Source: Chara braunii (taxonomy: Eukaryota; Plantae; Charophyceae). Taken from it: a DNA stretch of 64,000 bases. The DNA lies in assembly GCA_003427395.1 (NCBI GenBank), contig BFEA01000007.1:6297115-6361114 (forward strand). Reading direction: 5' to 3'. Below are positions 48,659 through 61,994 of the stretch, piece after piece. The translations under genes and the position numbers were made by a program. Below the pieces are notes generated by a model. The model was not told the origin of the DNA. It saw nothing but the letters and a program-made list of their open reading frames with translations, and did no database searches. The number at the start of each line of letters is the position of its first letter. Positions within the stretch are counted from its first letter, which is position 1.

Positions 48659-49400
48659 CAGGGTTACCTGACCGAACGTTCGGGGGCCCACAGGCTGGCC
48701 CCCGAACGTTCGGGCGTTCGGGGTCCCGTTCGGGGGCCGAACACCTCCAGGTTCGGCCCCCGCCAAAAACAGTTTCGAGGCCTAAAAATAAGTTTTTTTT
48801 TTCTGAAGTGTTTCTTGTAAGTTCTCTATGATGTAACCTACACGCCTACAAATTTTGAAGCTATTCTACTAAGCCAAAAAAACATTAAATATCGTCAAAG
48901 ATGGGGGTGTCGAAACGTGCTCGCCACTCACTTTTTTGTTTTTTTTCACTTTTAACTTCTTTTTTCACTTTATTTCGGGGCCTAAAAAATTTTATTTTGA
49001 AAACTTTTTAATGAGTTATTGATTATGTAAAATACATATCTGTAAATTTTCAAGGCATTTGTCAATGCCAAAAAATAATTAAAAATCGGCAAAGATGGCG
49101 GTGTCGAAAAGGTGCTGGCACACTCACTNNNNNNNNNNNNNNNNNNNNNNNNNNNNNNNNNNNNNNNNNNNNNNNNNNNNNNNNNNNNNNNNNNNNNNNN
49201 NNNNNNNNNNNNNNNNNNNNNNNNNNNNNNNNNNNNNNNNNNNNNNNNATTTTAATTCTCTTTTTATTTTTTCTTATTTTTATTATAGTGTTTATTTTCT
49301 GTATTTGATTTTTAATTCAAATTTGGTAAAGAATTTGGATGTAGTGCCCGGAGAAATATAGTTTAGTTTATTTTTCTCCATAACATATGATTTTTTCGAA

Positions 49401-49431
<31 letters not shown>

Positions 49432-49516
49432 CCGCGTTCGGCCCGATAGCCGAACGCCTTCCGAAGGGGTCCCGTACGTTCAGGCGTTCGGCCCGTCCTG
49501 AACGTCGGTAACCCTG
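48659..49516. mobile_element. hAT-like MITE
   Basis: TIR CAGGGTTACC / GGTAACCCTG, perfect 8-bp TSD GTAACAAT (48651-48658, 49517-49524) and subterminal ccgaacg/cgttcgg repeats. Contains an N gap. Confidence 0.92.
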
Positions 49517-49790
49517 GTAACAATAATAATAACGAGAAAAAAAATAGAGGCAGTATCCTATCAGTGTTTTCGAATGATGGAAGAGAAGGCAGATACCTTG
49601 TATTGATGTTCTTCCTATGATAAAACCCTATGCGTGTCTTTTTAACGGGGAATGGGGGAATTAAACTGCCCTTGAATCCCGTTGAATTTGAAAAAATCTC
49701 ATTGGATTTTCGTTAAACGCGAAAATGGGCCGCTCTCACGCTTTTCGGAAAAACGGAATTGATGCGCAAGTCCGGAACACATGGCCCTAG

Positions 49791-49828
<38 letters not shown>

Positions 49829-50647
49829 ATTCCCCGAACCCCTGAAGCACCTCTTATACCACCGGTCTCATTGCTACTCGTACTCTACCACATTTCGTAC
49901 TCTTATACCAGCCGCCACTCACCAACCCCCCGGCACCAGTTCCCAAACCTACCCGGAAGTCCTCTAAGCCATCTGCCCCCACATCCCCCAACCCCCAAGA
50001 CCCTAGTTAGGTGTGTGCAAGGGCGAGGTCCCATTAGCAATCGGATAGGAGTGTGGCCGATCCAGTGTGACACTGAGTGGCAGCGGCCTGACAGGTTCAT
50101 TACAAATTTCTGAGCTGAGAAAACGAAAAAAAAAACAAAAAAAAAACGAGACCTCCCACCAGAAAGCACGGCAGAGTGTTTCCCAACCGTTAGATCACAA
50201 ATGATCTGATGGTGGTGATTGCAACAATAGGGAACAAAGTAACCACCACATTTTCTGGAATAAACTTGACTTCTATCAGCACTGATCTTGACACCCTCCA
50301 TATACTCCGTGTTTGAAGGAGGATTCCACCCAATGAGATAATTGCACAACAACAAGTAAAATACTGAAAATCTTCTATCCAGTGGGCCATAGGTCGACCC
50401 CACCCTCGTTTGGGGTTGGCCACACCCCCAACTGATTGAAAAAATTCTGGTGGGAAATTTTCTTTGCACGGGCATGCCGAGTATTAAGGAGAGGAGGAGG
50501 GGAATGAAGATCTCCTTACTTTTTCCGTTAATACAAGTAAAATACTGACTGTGGGATCACGGGTACTACACGGCAGGATTTGGGTCACTCAATCGCCCCA
50601 CAAACTCGTTTCTATCCTATCCCGTTGCTAGCGGGAACTCGCCCCCG

Positions 50648-50862
50648 GTGTGCTGTGTGTGCGCGCATGTGTGTATGTGTGTGCCTGCGTGTGTGAATAT
50701 GTATGTGCACGAATATGTATGTATGCGAGTGTGTTTGTGTATGTGTGTGTTTGTAAGTGTGTGTGCGTGTCTGTGTATGCATAATTGTTGGCGTGTGCAT
50801 GTGTGTGTTTGCTTATGTGTGTTTGTGTGTGTTGTATGTCTCTTTGTGTGCGTGCATGTCTG
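50648..50862. repeat. Degenerate (TG)n tract
   Basis: tgtgtg-rich low complexity. Confidence 0.9.
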
Positions 50863-51401
50863 CTTTTCATTTTTTTATTTACTTTTATGTTTTTTTTTTT
50901 TAATGTATGAAGTGAAAAAAAATTGTTATTGTACATCTTTGAAATATCTATAACCCTATATTTTTGGCTTGTTTTTCTGTTTGTTTTTTTAGCTTTAAAA
51001 CTATCTTTGAGTAACAATATATATATATATATATATCACAGCCCCTCGTTTGTTGTCCTCTTCTCTCTCTCTGCCTACGGTTTACCGGGCAGTTTTGTTT
51101 GTGACGATATATACTACGACTTCGCTAGGTTCCTGCTACGGTTTTTTCCGGTCAGGTCGAGCGGCACTGGTCGGGGCCGTTACTAGGCGGCCATGATGTG
51201 CCTCTAGTGCCAGTGGCGTGTCTGGAGTGTATTTTTTGGNTGTGACAGACCTTTCTTTGTTTCGTGGATGTTTTGCTGGCTTGCGATGGGGTGTGAACCG
51301 ACAGTCTGTAAAGTTTTTCATGTGGTGTGGGTGAGTGATAGTCTACTTTGATTTGGTTAAGGTAGATTATCATTTACAGTGTAATCAGTGAGGGGATTCT
51401 G

Positions 51402-51448
51402 CAGACTGTTGAGGGTTCAGCCTCCTGATGAGTCGGTGAAACTCCGAC
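51402..51448 (+). ncRNA. Hammerhead ribozyme, type III topology, truncated by N gap
   Basis: GUU triplet 51408-51410; stem I gagg/cctc; core CUGAUGA 51425-51431; stem II gtcgg/ccgac. The expected GAAAC would fall in the gap. Confidence 0.72.
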
Positions 51449-51534
51449 NNNNNNNNNNNNNNNNNNNNNNNNNNNNNNNNNNNNNNNNNNNNNNNNNNNN
51501 NNNNNNNNNNNNNNNNNNNNNNNNNNNNNNNNNN

Positions 51535-51601
<67 letters not shown>
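51535..51601. repeat. (TA)n microsatellite; another run at 51017-51036
   Basis: Perfect TA runs flanking the hammerhead-bearing insert. Confidence 0.95.
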
Positions 51602-51603
<2 letters not shown>

Positions 51604-53427
51604 CATGTTTTTGTTTTTTTTCTTTTCATTGTCTTTACGTTTGTTTTTTTTTTAAATATAGTAAAAACTCAAAACATAAAAATAAAAATATAAGGTTGTA
51701 GAGCTAAAAAAAATCTACAACAATATATTTTTTATTTTATTTTTTTGATTATTTTTAGCCCACGAAAAAAATCATTGGGGGTCCCGTTGTAAACCGTCTA
51801 ACTGGTTTTTCAACGGGGATTCAACGTGGATTCAACGCGGGTTGAATCTTTCAATGTGGAACCCGCGTTGAATCGATTTTCGGACACACAGAAAACCCTC
51901 TCCCCGTCTCTTTCTTCTTTCATCTCTTCTTATCCTTCCTTCTTTTGCTCTTCCTACTCATTTTCCTTTTCTAGTATTCCCCTTCTTTTAGTCTGCATGC
52001 GTTCCCGTTGTTTTCGCCATACAACCTTGAGCTCAGCAAACTGCTTGCTGCCCCGCATGCCCGTTCTCAGGACCATGTGCGAGTGCTCGTTGTTCCGCGC
52101 GACCACTTTTAAGTTGTGTGGTAGTATGCTTGCTGTTTTGCATGCTTGGCCATAGCCCGTTAGCGTCCCACTGCCAGTTGTGACCCACACCACTTAGTGT
52201 CTGCGAGTGGATGTGGTGACAATGCTGCGTTTCTCAGTGGCTCGTGACCCCTTCTTACTAAGGCAGACTCATGTTGCGTGTGCCCAAGCCGCCACCATCT
52301 GCGAGGCCGCTTCCTCCGGAAGAACCCTTGGAGTGAGTCCCCAGCTGCACTTCAACCAACCGACACGCAACGCTGTCTGAATCTCTGAAGCCTGCCTTCA
52401 CTTAAGGCGAGGGCAAGGCTCGTTGGGGTACCAGTACTATTATTCAAGTTAAAACTTCATAAATAGACTTAGTGATTCAATTAAATAATCATGTAAAAAA
52501 AAGAATTGACTCAGATCGCAAAATCTCTTTAAAAGTCAGGAAGTCCGACACTATCCGGACAGCAGTAACACATTGATACTCCATCAGCGGAATACCAAAC
52601 ACTGAATCCAAATGTGAGTGAGATTATACTCTCGCCACCACCAATCATAAGTGCTCAGAGCCCCTTCTCCCACTTAGTGTCTCGTGCTCAGACCACTATG
52701 CAACTATTTTTAGCCTACGAATTGACAAGGCAATTGTTGATGTAAGTATCAAAACCAACTGCATGGAGATGTCGACCCTAGTAGGCTACAACCAGGTAAG
52801 TCTCTCTCTATATACTCTTTTTGCGTGTACGTCAGTCTTTTTGTGTTTGTCCGTCTATTCGCATGTCCGTATCTATCTGTGTCTGTTTAGCTTCATGTCT
52901 CTTTTCCCTCCCTTCTCCATCTCTCTCTTTCTCTCTCTACTTGATAATCCTCATTCTGAATACGTTTGCTGCTACTTAGATCTATCCTACTACTAACTCA
53001 TGCGGCTATGGCCGCCTTCCTTCGAGTTCTCAGTGAAGTGCTGTCCAGCAGAACTCTCACGAGCATGCTACTTGCTGACAACGCACAAGTGATTCAGCAG
53101 CACCTCCACAAATGAGAACTCCCCGAAATGTGGCTGGCCTGTCCTTCTATTGACTTTGACCGAATCTCAGCTTGTCCCAGCCTTTGCTTCCTTTCGCTTG
53201 ACCTGGACCCGGTACCACATGACGATGACCTGCTTGCTTCAAAATGTCAAAGCCCGGTACTTTCCCGAATTTTCAATGGCGTGCTGCTGCCTCGATCTGT
53301 GAGTCACGACTTTTCAAGTAGCCTACGAATTTTAAGTAGCCGTAGCGGCCAGCAAAGCAGAAACAACAGCAGAAGTAGTGACAATCGGCGTTGATATATT
53401 GAACGGTGAAGCATAATCCACAAGACA

Positions 53428-54620
53428 TTAAAAATTTAGAGGAGATGCTGCTTGAAGGGGGAGTCTACGGATCGGAGCGGAATGAGGAGTGGAAGAAGCA
53501 ACCACGGGGGGAATTCTTTTGAGAAACTGTTGTTTCCGTGCATATTTCTGAAAGGGTTGGGGAATGGTCCCTTCTGTCGGACAATGTGGCAAATATAATG
53601 TCATCCTAGTAATCTCCTCATTAGAGAGAGTCACGAACTCATCGGTCAAAAGTGATTGCAATATGGAAGAAGCCTCCAAATCCAAAACATTCAACGGGTC
53701 TGAAGGAAGATGGAATCGTCGTTCCAACCGTATATCAGTGAGTTTGTTTCTTTTTCACTCCAGGAAGTTGTCCCATATTCGTCCATCTTTTACGACTGTG
53801 CCACTTTGACAAACATTTAAGAAAACACCTCAGTAAAGATATTTTGGATGTCAACCTTCTTCGCATCGTCAAACCATCTAGCAAGGTGAGCGTGGGGCTT
53901 CGAAGTGCGGATTGTGTGTTCATCTTTATCATCGCGCACCACAATAACCCCCGGAGAATTTTGTTGTTGCGATGTGGCGCAAATATCTCTTTCGAGTCCA
54001 CTGCGTTGAGATTGTGAACACGAATCATGAACACGTGCACGTCCAGCGAGTGGTGCACAAAACAGAAGAGATTGAAGTGCATCATCAGGGAGCGCATTCA
54101 GCGCTCTCATAATATGAGTCCCCGTTTCATCAACAACAGGTTGTCGTCCCACCTGATTATCAGCCAACGTAGGCTCCGGCACTTCAGGGGAATCCAAAAG
54201 ATTAGTTTTCACACCACGACTCTTTCTCCTCTTGAATGTAGATTCAACACAGTCTTCTTTCGAATCGTCCGTAACGTTATCATTCTCATCATCGGCAAAT
54301 GTAAGGTTAATAGGCCTACTCGACTGACCTCTACTCGAACCATCCCCATCAGCACGAAAATCGTTACCACCCCCCTGGACAACCATGTTTTCAGCATCAT
54401 TAAGGGTATTCCCTTGCGAACATAGACGTTCAACCTCACCAAGAACATGATGATCGTCACGATGATGTTCACTTCCAAGATTCACCGACCTCTCATCATT
54501 TCCACTTTTCGTCGACCTCTCCGAATGTTCGGCTCTACCTTTTGACGTAACATTCGTATCATATTGAGTGGTATTGTTGTTTCTCATTGTTTTTCCCTTA
54601 GCGCGAGTGTCGTACTTATG
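53428..54620 (-). pseudogene. Unknown ORF immediately downstream of Helitron RepHel, frameshifted
   Basis: The 53817-54710 ORF (first ATG ~54620) continues via frameshifts into the 53735-54097 and 53428-53727 frames. Confidence 0.5.
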
Positions 54621-54714
54621 CGGCATTCGGAAATCGCCTGCAAAGAAAGAAAATGGCACAATTATTTGGAAGGCCAAGGCTCGATGAAAAAAAAAACAGG
54701 ATTTATCCAAAAAA

Positions 54715-57700
54715 TTAATGATATACTATATTCTTCGTTAAAAAATTATTATCGGGCAATGCAACACGGATGTTGTTGGGATGACCAACACGCGACAAAG
54801 CAACGTACAGTTGGCCATGCGCAAAAACCGGTTTGCGTAGCCAAACCCTGACACACGATACGGTTTGTCCTTACGACTTATTAATCGTTACAGCAAAAAC
54901 AAAACGGACTGAAAATTGCCTCCTAAACCATTTGAACCTAGTTGTCTCACCATCGTTGGTCAGATCAATCTTCGGGATCAGTGTTGTTTTACCCGTGTGC
55001 ATTATTGTCATTTCCTACAAATCATCATTAACGATCTTCTTCAAAATCAGTCTTGCATCATTGCAAAGTCCTTGCTTCGGTGACAAATTTCGCAAAAGCA
55101 TCACAGGCGCACCAATTTTTAAGCGCAGCTTGTGAGGTGGAAGGTCAGATTCGTCAAGAGAGTTCAAGAACTTCCGCTCAAAACCAAACCCCGTATGATC
55201 CGAATCACGATTATGAACACTGAAAAGGTCACACACCTCCCCAGGGAAGTCGTCAGAAGAAGGTTGTTAACAGAACCAGCATCGTAATGCGCAGGGCATA
55301 TAATTAATCGAGGCAAGAAATACTCGACATCCCCCACAAGGTTGAACACATGATCCAACGTCCATGAAATTAACTCATCAATTGGTTTATCCGTACAAAT
55401 CTCACGTGGCAATATAACCGCAGCAGGTTCATCAGGAACAACACGAGGATGGTCACCATTTCCAATGCGCATCAAAAAGTGGGCATACATTCGTGTCATT
55501 TCGTCATTCCCTAAGCTTAAGATTCACATTTTTTCGGTTAGTTGATGAATCTCAAAAAGTTTCCACAAAGGAAATATTTTCATGGACGCATCAATTTATT
55601 GTGCCCCCGATCCGTGTTTCACAACGGGCAAAACCTGTCTAAAATCCCCAGCTACAAGCAGAACTTTCCCACCAAACAACTTGTCATTGTTAAAGAGGTC
55701 CCGAATGCAAAAAGTTTTCCTGCTCCAATCAGTGCATCGACAAAAGCACACAACGACTTTTTCTCTTGCACAACTCAAACGGCTCTTTCCACCAACAATC
55801 GTTGACGTGGACGACGACGTCGAAAATTAGAGTCATATTTGCGTTGAATTTGAATAGGATCATACGACAACCCGTCGTTTAGAATCGAGGATACCGTTCT
55901 GTTCTCGTAATGTCTTGTTATGTTCTCAGCAATCGTTTCCCCGTCGGGTGTTGGATAATAAATTCAGAACTGACCGAAGTTTTTTTTAGACTCTTGCAAA
56001 ATACGGTCAAGATGAAATAACACTAACCATTTCAAAATATTTGGGGGAACAATTTCATTGTTTGCACGATACTGAAAATTATCACACATCTTATCCCAAA
56101 GTCGTTCAAAAAAACGGACCGGATCGTTCACTAGATAAAACGCCAGAACCATAGCAAATATTTTACGAACTTCTTAAGGCATATCATGCATAGCGCCTGT
56201 GTCTATGCACTGATCGTATGCATCGTCTGTTTGTAAAAGGCCCAATCGAAGGTACACGGATCGAAACGAGTCATATTCGACTCCGTCCACCGTACGAATT
56301 TCGACAAAAGAACGTCCCCCACGAGAATGTTCATGGTTTACCAACACCCGCAGATAGAATCGTTTCCCTTCCGTGATCCTCACGTGATGCAACCAAGATA
56401 TCTTTTTAACGGGACCACCGTGAAGGTCACGCTTTCTTCTGTTCCACTTCTTATGTTTGTTATTCCACACATGAGTATTAATGATTTCTTCGTAAAGAGG
56501 AAGTTCCTCTTTAGGAACATGTTCGTTCAAAGAGTTGTGTTTCATCCATGACGTCAATTTCGTTTTCCCTGGCCCATTTGAAACAACATCATGCTCACTG
56601 CCGGGTTCGAATTGCACTTTTTGCATGTTTTCGAGATGCACAGACAATATTTCAACCGCGGGTTATTGTTCCGCAACGTCAAACTCAAATAGACGTCTGC
56701 ATGTTTCACATGCACCTACAACACGCATATCTTGATACAATTTGACCTCGTCGATGGGCTCATTATCATCTTGCTCGCAAACCATAGCACGATCACACCC
56801 TTTGTACATATACTTATATACGTACTTGCACACCTTGATGTTAGCACAATATTCGACATTCAAGCGGCAATTAAACCTCATTAGCAAGTACGGGTTATAT
56901 GGGACCACACGCCGATTATCGTAAACGACACTATTTTGAACAATCCTAAAACCACCGTCACTTGGTTTCCTTATCCTATACGAAGGGTACGTTTGTTCGT
57001 CTTTGAATGTTGTTGTTGAAATGAAATCTTTCGAAAACTCTGTTGTGCATTATTCGTTCTCCGTACACGAAGTGTTGCGTTTCTCCGCACCGCAAATCCC
57101 GTGCAACATGAATTTGGCAACCCTTTCTCTCAATACCCCTTCCGGAGGAATCTAGGCATACACCGAATTGTCAACAGCATCCGCATCCAGAATTTTATCA
57201 TCTGGATGCAAGATAACCAATATATTTGCGTGTGGTAGACCTCTTTTTTGAAACTCCACCACATACAACATTACACTCACCCTATCAAAGATCCGTTTGT
57301 TTTTTATCTCATGAATCAGTTGTGCAAGATAACCTTTGAACACTCGCACAAGAAGATCCGGTCTCTCGTTAGGACATTGACCTGATAACAGGGCGTGTTT
57401 TATCTCCGTCCAGCTAGCGTTGCACGCCATAGTGATGAAAAAATCTGGTTTTCCAAATCGCCTCACAAGTGACATGCTGTCGTATTATCTTTTACTCATA
57501 TCTCGGGGCACCCCAGTGAACGTTAACAGTAAAACCATTTTTGAACCAACACCCTCACCACGTTGATTTTGTTGCACAGCGTCTCGTAAATCTTGATAAT
57601 GCTCCGAGCGCAATTTTGTTTTGTGGAATCTCACCCATTGTAAGAGGAGGGATTCAACTTTACCGTACGCAATGCAACAAAACTCGTGGAAGAGACGTGT

Positions 57701-59200
57701 TGCTCATTGACACTAAGTCCTGGCGGCCATCCAACTTTCGAGGGATGTCGGACATACCAACTATCAATTCCCTCCAGGAAAAGTAAAACAAACCTTAAGC
57801 AGTCGTGCGCTCGAGAGCACTCCGGAACCACAACCGTCTGCCTCTCACCCGAAAAAGGAGCGCGCAAATGAATCTCGAGCTCACGAGGAAGGAGATCATC
57901 GGTCATCAGAACACTCACCTCATGTAAACCCATAGGACGGTTATAACGCTTTGCATGTTCCTCATCAGGCATGGCATCCGGATTTATCACAAACTTCCTC
58001 CCGTTCAACGCCTCCTGCGGAAGGTCAGAAACCATCATAATGTCCTTCACATAATTGTTATATTGTTATAGCAATTCGTGAAACCTTCTCAATATTTGTT
58101 TCGCTCGATCAAGTTCGACATCGGATGTACGTGCAGGTGAGTTAAGGAAATATATTTTTTGATCAATCGCATCGTCCAAACGTTGAGGATCGTGCAAGTA
58201 TAGTTGCGCAAACTGAGGACGTTCCTCTTCCCCCACAACCAATGCACTGGCATGATGAAAGATTGGACCTTGAGCCCTAAATTGGCCCTGGAATCCTCGA
58301 AGACCATCACTCGGCTGCTTCAACCTCGAGGATGTAAGGTATAAACTATTATTAATTATCCTCGCATTGTTTCAAAAGAATTGACCTTCGAAAGTTTGAG
58401 ATGTCCAAAGGGAAAGAATCTTATGCTTCGGGGAACCTTCGCAAGACCATTCTCATAAAGGACAACGTTTTGTACGTTTTCAACAACACATTTTTGTCCA
58501 TTTTTTTTCATAATCCCACAATTTAGCACCACAATGCTTACACAGATCTCGACCGCCAATGCCGAACGGTTCAACAATGTTCGTATTCCCAATAATCGCT
58601 ATTGTGTTATCAACAACCACATACGTTGTTGCCACTGGTGTCGATGGAAGTGCATTCAAATCAGGAGCCGGAACATCATGCGAATCATTTATTTCTTCCT
58701 CGCGACTATTTGGCTCACTGTCTTCGTGATTATTCATTGAATTTTAATTTTTGACGGATGCATTTTGTGATTGTCTCGCTCGCGATGACAGACTCTGTTA
58801 GTGTCTCGCCCGAGAAGATTGACTCCGCGATCGTCTCGCAGGAGAAGATGCACTCCTCGATTGCGCAGAGGCGGTCACTCTAATCTCTCGAAGGATATTC
58901 ACAGCGAACAAACTTCGTCTCATAACCCGCACAAAATCTTTATGAGCACGCTCATCTTCTTTCCTCCTATGATTCTTAACCGCAACTCTCAATGCATGCA
59001 TGCGTTTAACATGAAAGTTTGGTCGTCTTCCTTGGTTTTTCCTTCGTTTTAAAATTTTATGCGACGTCGAACATGGTTCATTCACATTCATTCCATCCAC
59101 ATATTTCGTTCCTCCACCAGCCTCTACAGTAGTTTCAACAACTATTGCACTTCCATCACAGCCCGATGACATACGGTAAGGCATCGACGACAACAATCTG
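54715..59200 (-). pseudogene. Helitron Rep/PIF1 helicase (RepHel), heavily fragmented
   Basis: N-terminal CKHCGAKLWDYE...CC and PQFAQLY. Rep motifs FGKPDFFITM, VEFQKRGLPHA, KYVYKY. Helicase GAGKTF, FGGKVLLVAGDFRQVLPVV, LKIGAPVMLLRNL, FAHGQLYVALSRV, TKNIVY. Confidence 0.95.
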
Positions 59201-59740
59201 ACAAGTTTCAAACGACGAACGGTTTTATTGGCACGCAGTCGTCCAATCAACAACATACGGCACCGTCTGTTGCGCCTTGAACAAATCGGTTTCCATAATA
59301 ATAATCTTCTCCGTCGATTATGAGATCCAATAAACTTTCTAATCAATGTGTTCGGCAAATTCGGTTGGGCCGTGGCAGCAAAAAATGGATGTGCATGAAC
59401 ATTTGTCAAATTTGAGAAAGGTTGCTCGCCACACATTTTTGCCGAACATCGACAGTCAATATCGATGAAGAACAATTGTGCACATGTGCCGAGTGCAAAA
59501 AACAATCATCGAGTAAAACCGATCTTTCGACCATCGAAACAGAATCTGCATTTATTGCAACATCCGTAGGAATTTCAAGTGGACGTTCACTTTGCAAGGT
59601 CATAGAAAGATTTTCATGACAACTAATGCGATCCGTACGAATATTGATATTTCCTTGACTCGTTGTTTTGAAAAACGCATGGCTTGTGAAATCATTCATC
59701 GATGGAATCGCTTGTCCAAAAATCCTATATGGATTCGTGA

Positions 59741-60035
59741 TTTGAAATATTGAAGTTTCTTCGCAATATTCAATACTGAATTGACGATTTTTCATGATGT
59801 TCTTCATTCATGAAATTCTTGCAACGGGCGCATGAATTTTGATTATTTTGATATCGTTGGAAACCCTAAATTCATAAGTGTTTGAATTCGAAATATTGAA
59901 GTTTCTTCGCAATCTTGAATACCGAATTGACGATTTTTCATGATGTTCTTCATTCATAAAATTATTGCACGGGGTGCATGAATTTTGATTCTTTTGATCC
60001 AGTTGGAAACCTTAAATTCATAAGTGTTTAAATTT
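59741..60035. repeat. ~147-bp tandem duplication upstream of RepHel
   Basis: gaaatattgaagtttcttcgcaat...taaattcataagtgttt occurs twice. Confidence 0.9.
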
Positions 60036-61994
60036 TGCCCTGCAGAGTGTATTCTCGTACCTGTTTTTGCACTGGTCATTGGAGATATATTTGGGAGTGT
60101 GAGACCTGGTTGAGCTTAGTATTTACGATAGGTCAGTTGAGGCAGCCGTAAAGTGGTCTATTGAATAACACAGGGGTAACGTGGTTTTGAATATATCGGC
60201 ACCAGAGTTATATCATTTGGTTCTCATTTTCAGAAAGTAAGTCTGTTGGTTTCGGTTGTTTACAGGTGGTTTTAAGAATGTTTTAGGATTCTGGGGACTT
60301 ATAACAACTCGCGTTAGGTTGTTTGATACTATTACATTCATGGATCTGAGGTTGTTCGATGTGAGAACGACGCTGGTCGGTGCAGGGGTGTTGCCCTGTA
60401 ACCTGCTGTTTGCAAGAGCGTAAGGCCTGATAGAGAGATTCGGGGATGCTTTGGGGTCGGCATTCCAAGGGACAACCAAAGGTCGTTGTTGGGATGACGC
60501 TGGCTGGAGCTGGGGCGAGTCGTGTTGCTCTGTAACCTAGTCGGGTGGGGGTGTAAGGCATGAGAGAGCTTGACAGGGAATAAGACAGTGTTGGACAATA
60601 TTAGAGAGTTTTGTTTGGGATTCTAGGGGGTTTTAGCAATGTCATTCAAAAGACTTTTGTCGCTATCCATGTCAACTTAGTAATTGCTGTTGAAGCAGTC
60701 TTGAAATATGTCAGTAATCATTCATACTTTTCCAACCTCTCATTTAATTTTTGTAAATCTCTTCAATAGTTCTCAGATTGATCCTTAGTCGAAGCCGGAT
60801 AATGGCCCCGGTATCTCAAATGACTTGTGTAACTTTATATGGGACGCTGGACCCGGTCCCTAATACGTGCTGCTTCCCACGAATAGACTTGAGCATTTGT
60901 TCCACAAAAAAAAAAAAAAAAAGGCTCCCAAATTATTTTTTTTCTGAATACGGCTGATTGCGGTCCCTACTCTCCTTTTGTTCTCTATTCAGGGTGGGGT
61001 TAACTCACCTCTTGCTTCGCTCGTGAGCCGACCCTCACTGATCGTGCTACCCCGAGCTTCCAATAACTTTTTAAGAGAACTAACTAATCGCGTTGCTGAA
61101 ATTTATAGCGTGCATGCATGCGCGAAGAACACGAAATTGCAAGGACTTAAAAGGAGAGAAGGGAAGGAAGCGCCTACGTTCTACATGGCCAAATCGTGGC
61201 AAGGGGGACGTAGCCACTCTCCTTGCATTGATCCAGTAGTGCAGCCCGCGGGCTTACTGGACACAACAGAAGGAAAAGAGAGGGCAGGAAAGACGAAGCT
61301 CAAGAAGAAAGACACAGTTACAATGGGGCCCGCCCAAAAGTTACAGTTGCACACAAGATTAAGGGCGCCGACTAATCGGAGCTCCGTTGCAGCCGCAAAA
61401 AGAAGCGAGCAAGTAAAGAGCATCGTGCGGCAAAAGAAATTCTGAATTCCTAAATTTCTATCTAATTCGAAAATGCAAAAAAAACTTCAATAAAGCACAA
61501 ATTCCGAAAATAAAATCCGAAATTCCAAGAGTTGTCGACAATATTTGAAAATAAATTTAAAAAAAAGAAAGACGTAAAAACTTTCGCACGATCATATCGC
61601 CAAAAAAACGCACAGCAAAAAAAGAAGCTATGTCAACCATTATTAATCGCACATGCGTCCATCCAGGGCCTGCCCATCACCGCCGAAGGGAAAGGAGCGA
61701 AGCGAAGGAAAAGAAAGAAGCGAGGACACTGACGCAATTTACTTGCCGACCCCGCCTCCCGTAATTGACCCAACCCTCCCATCTTAGGACCCCTCATTGT
61801 CATTGTGATGAAAGTCGCGCGGCACAGAAAGTGGTTCGTCACATATGCGACGCCCAGGGGCTTCCAATCTTGAGCAAGCTCCCGCTTGCTTTCTCATCAG
61901 GCGCCGATCCATGATTGGGGGGCCGACGCAGAGCTTACACGTGCCACACCGTAGGATTTGAGTGTGGAAGTCATCCAACGTGGCAATCGTGTGC

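Larger units (their letters stand above)
49630..51891. mobile_element. hAT-like non-autonomous element (~2.3 kb, with nested inserts)
   Basis: 8-bp TSD AAAACCCT (49622-49629, 51892-51899), short imperfect TIR atgcgtgtc / gacacacag, and subterminal inverted ttgaatccccgttgaa / ttcaacggggattcaa. Confidence 0.7.

Noticed and set aside
52405-52440. Helitron 3' hairpin/CTAG end
   Set aside because: The hairpin is weak, ends ccagt and is on the strand opposite RepHel. Helitron termini are left uncalled.
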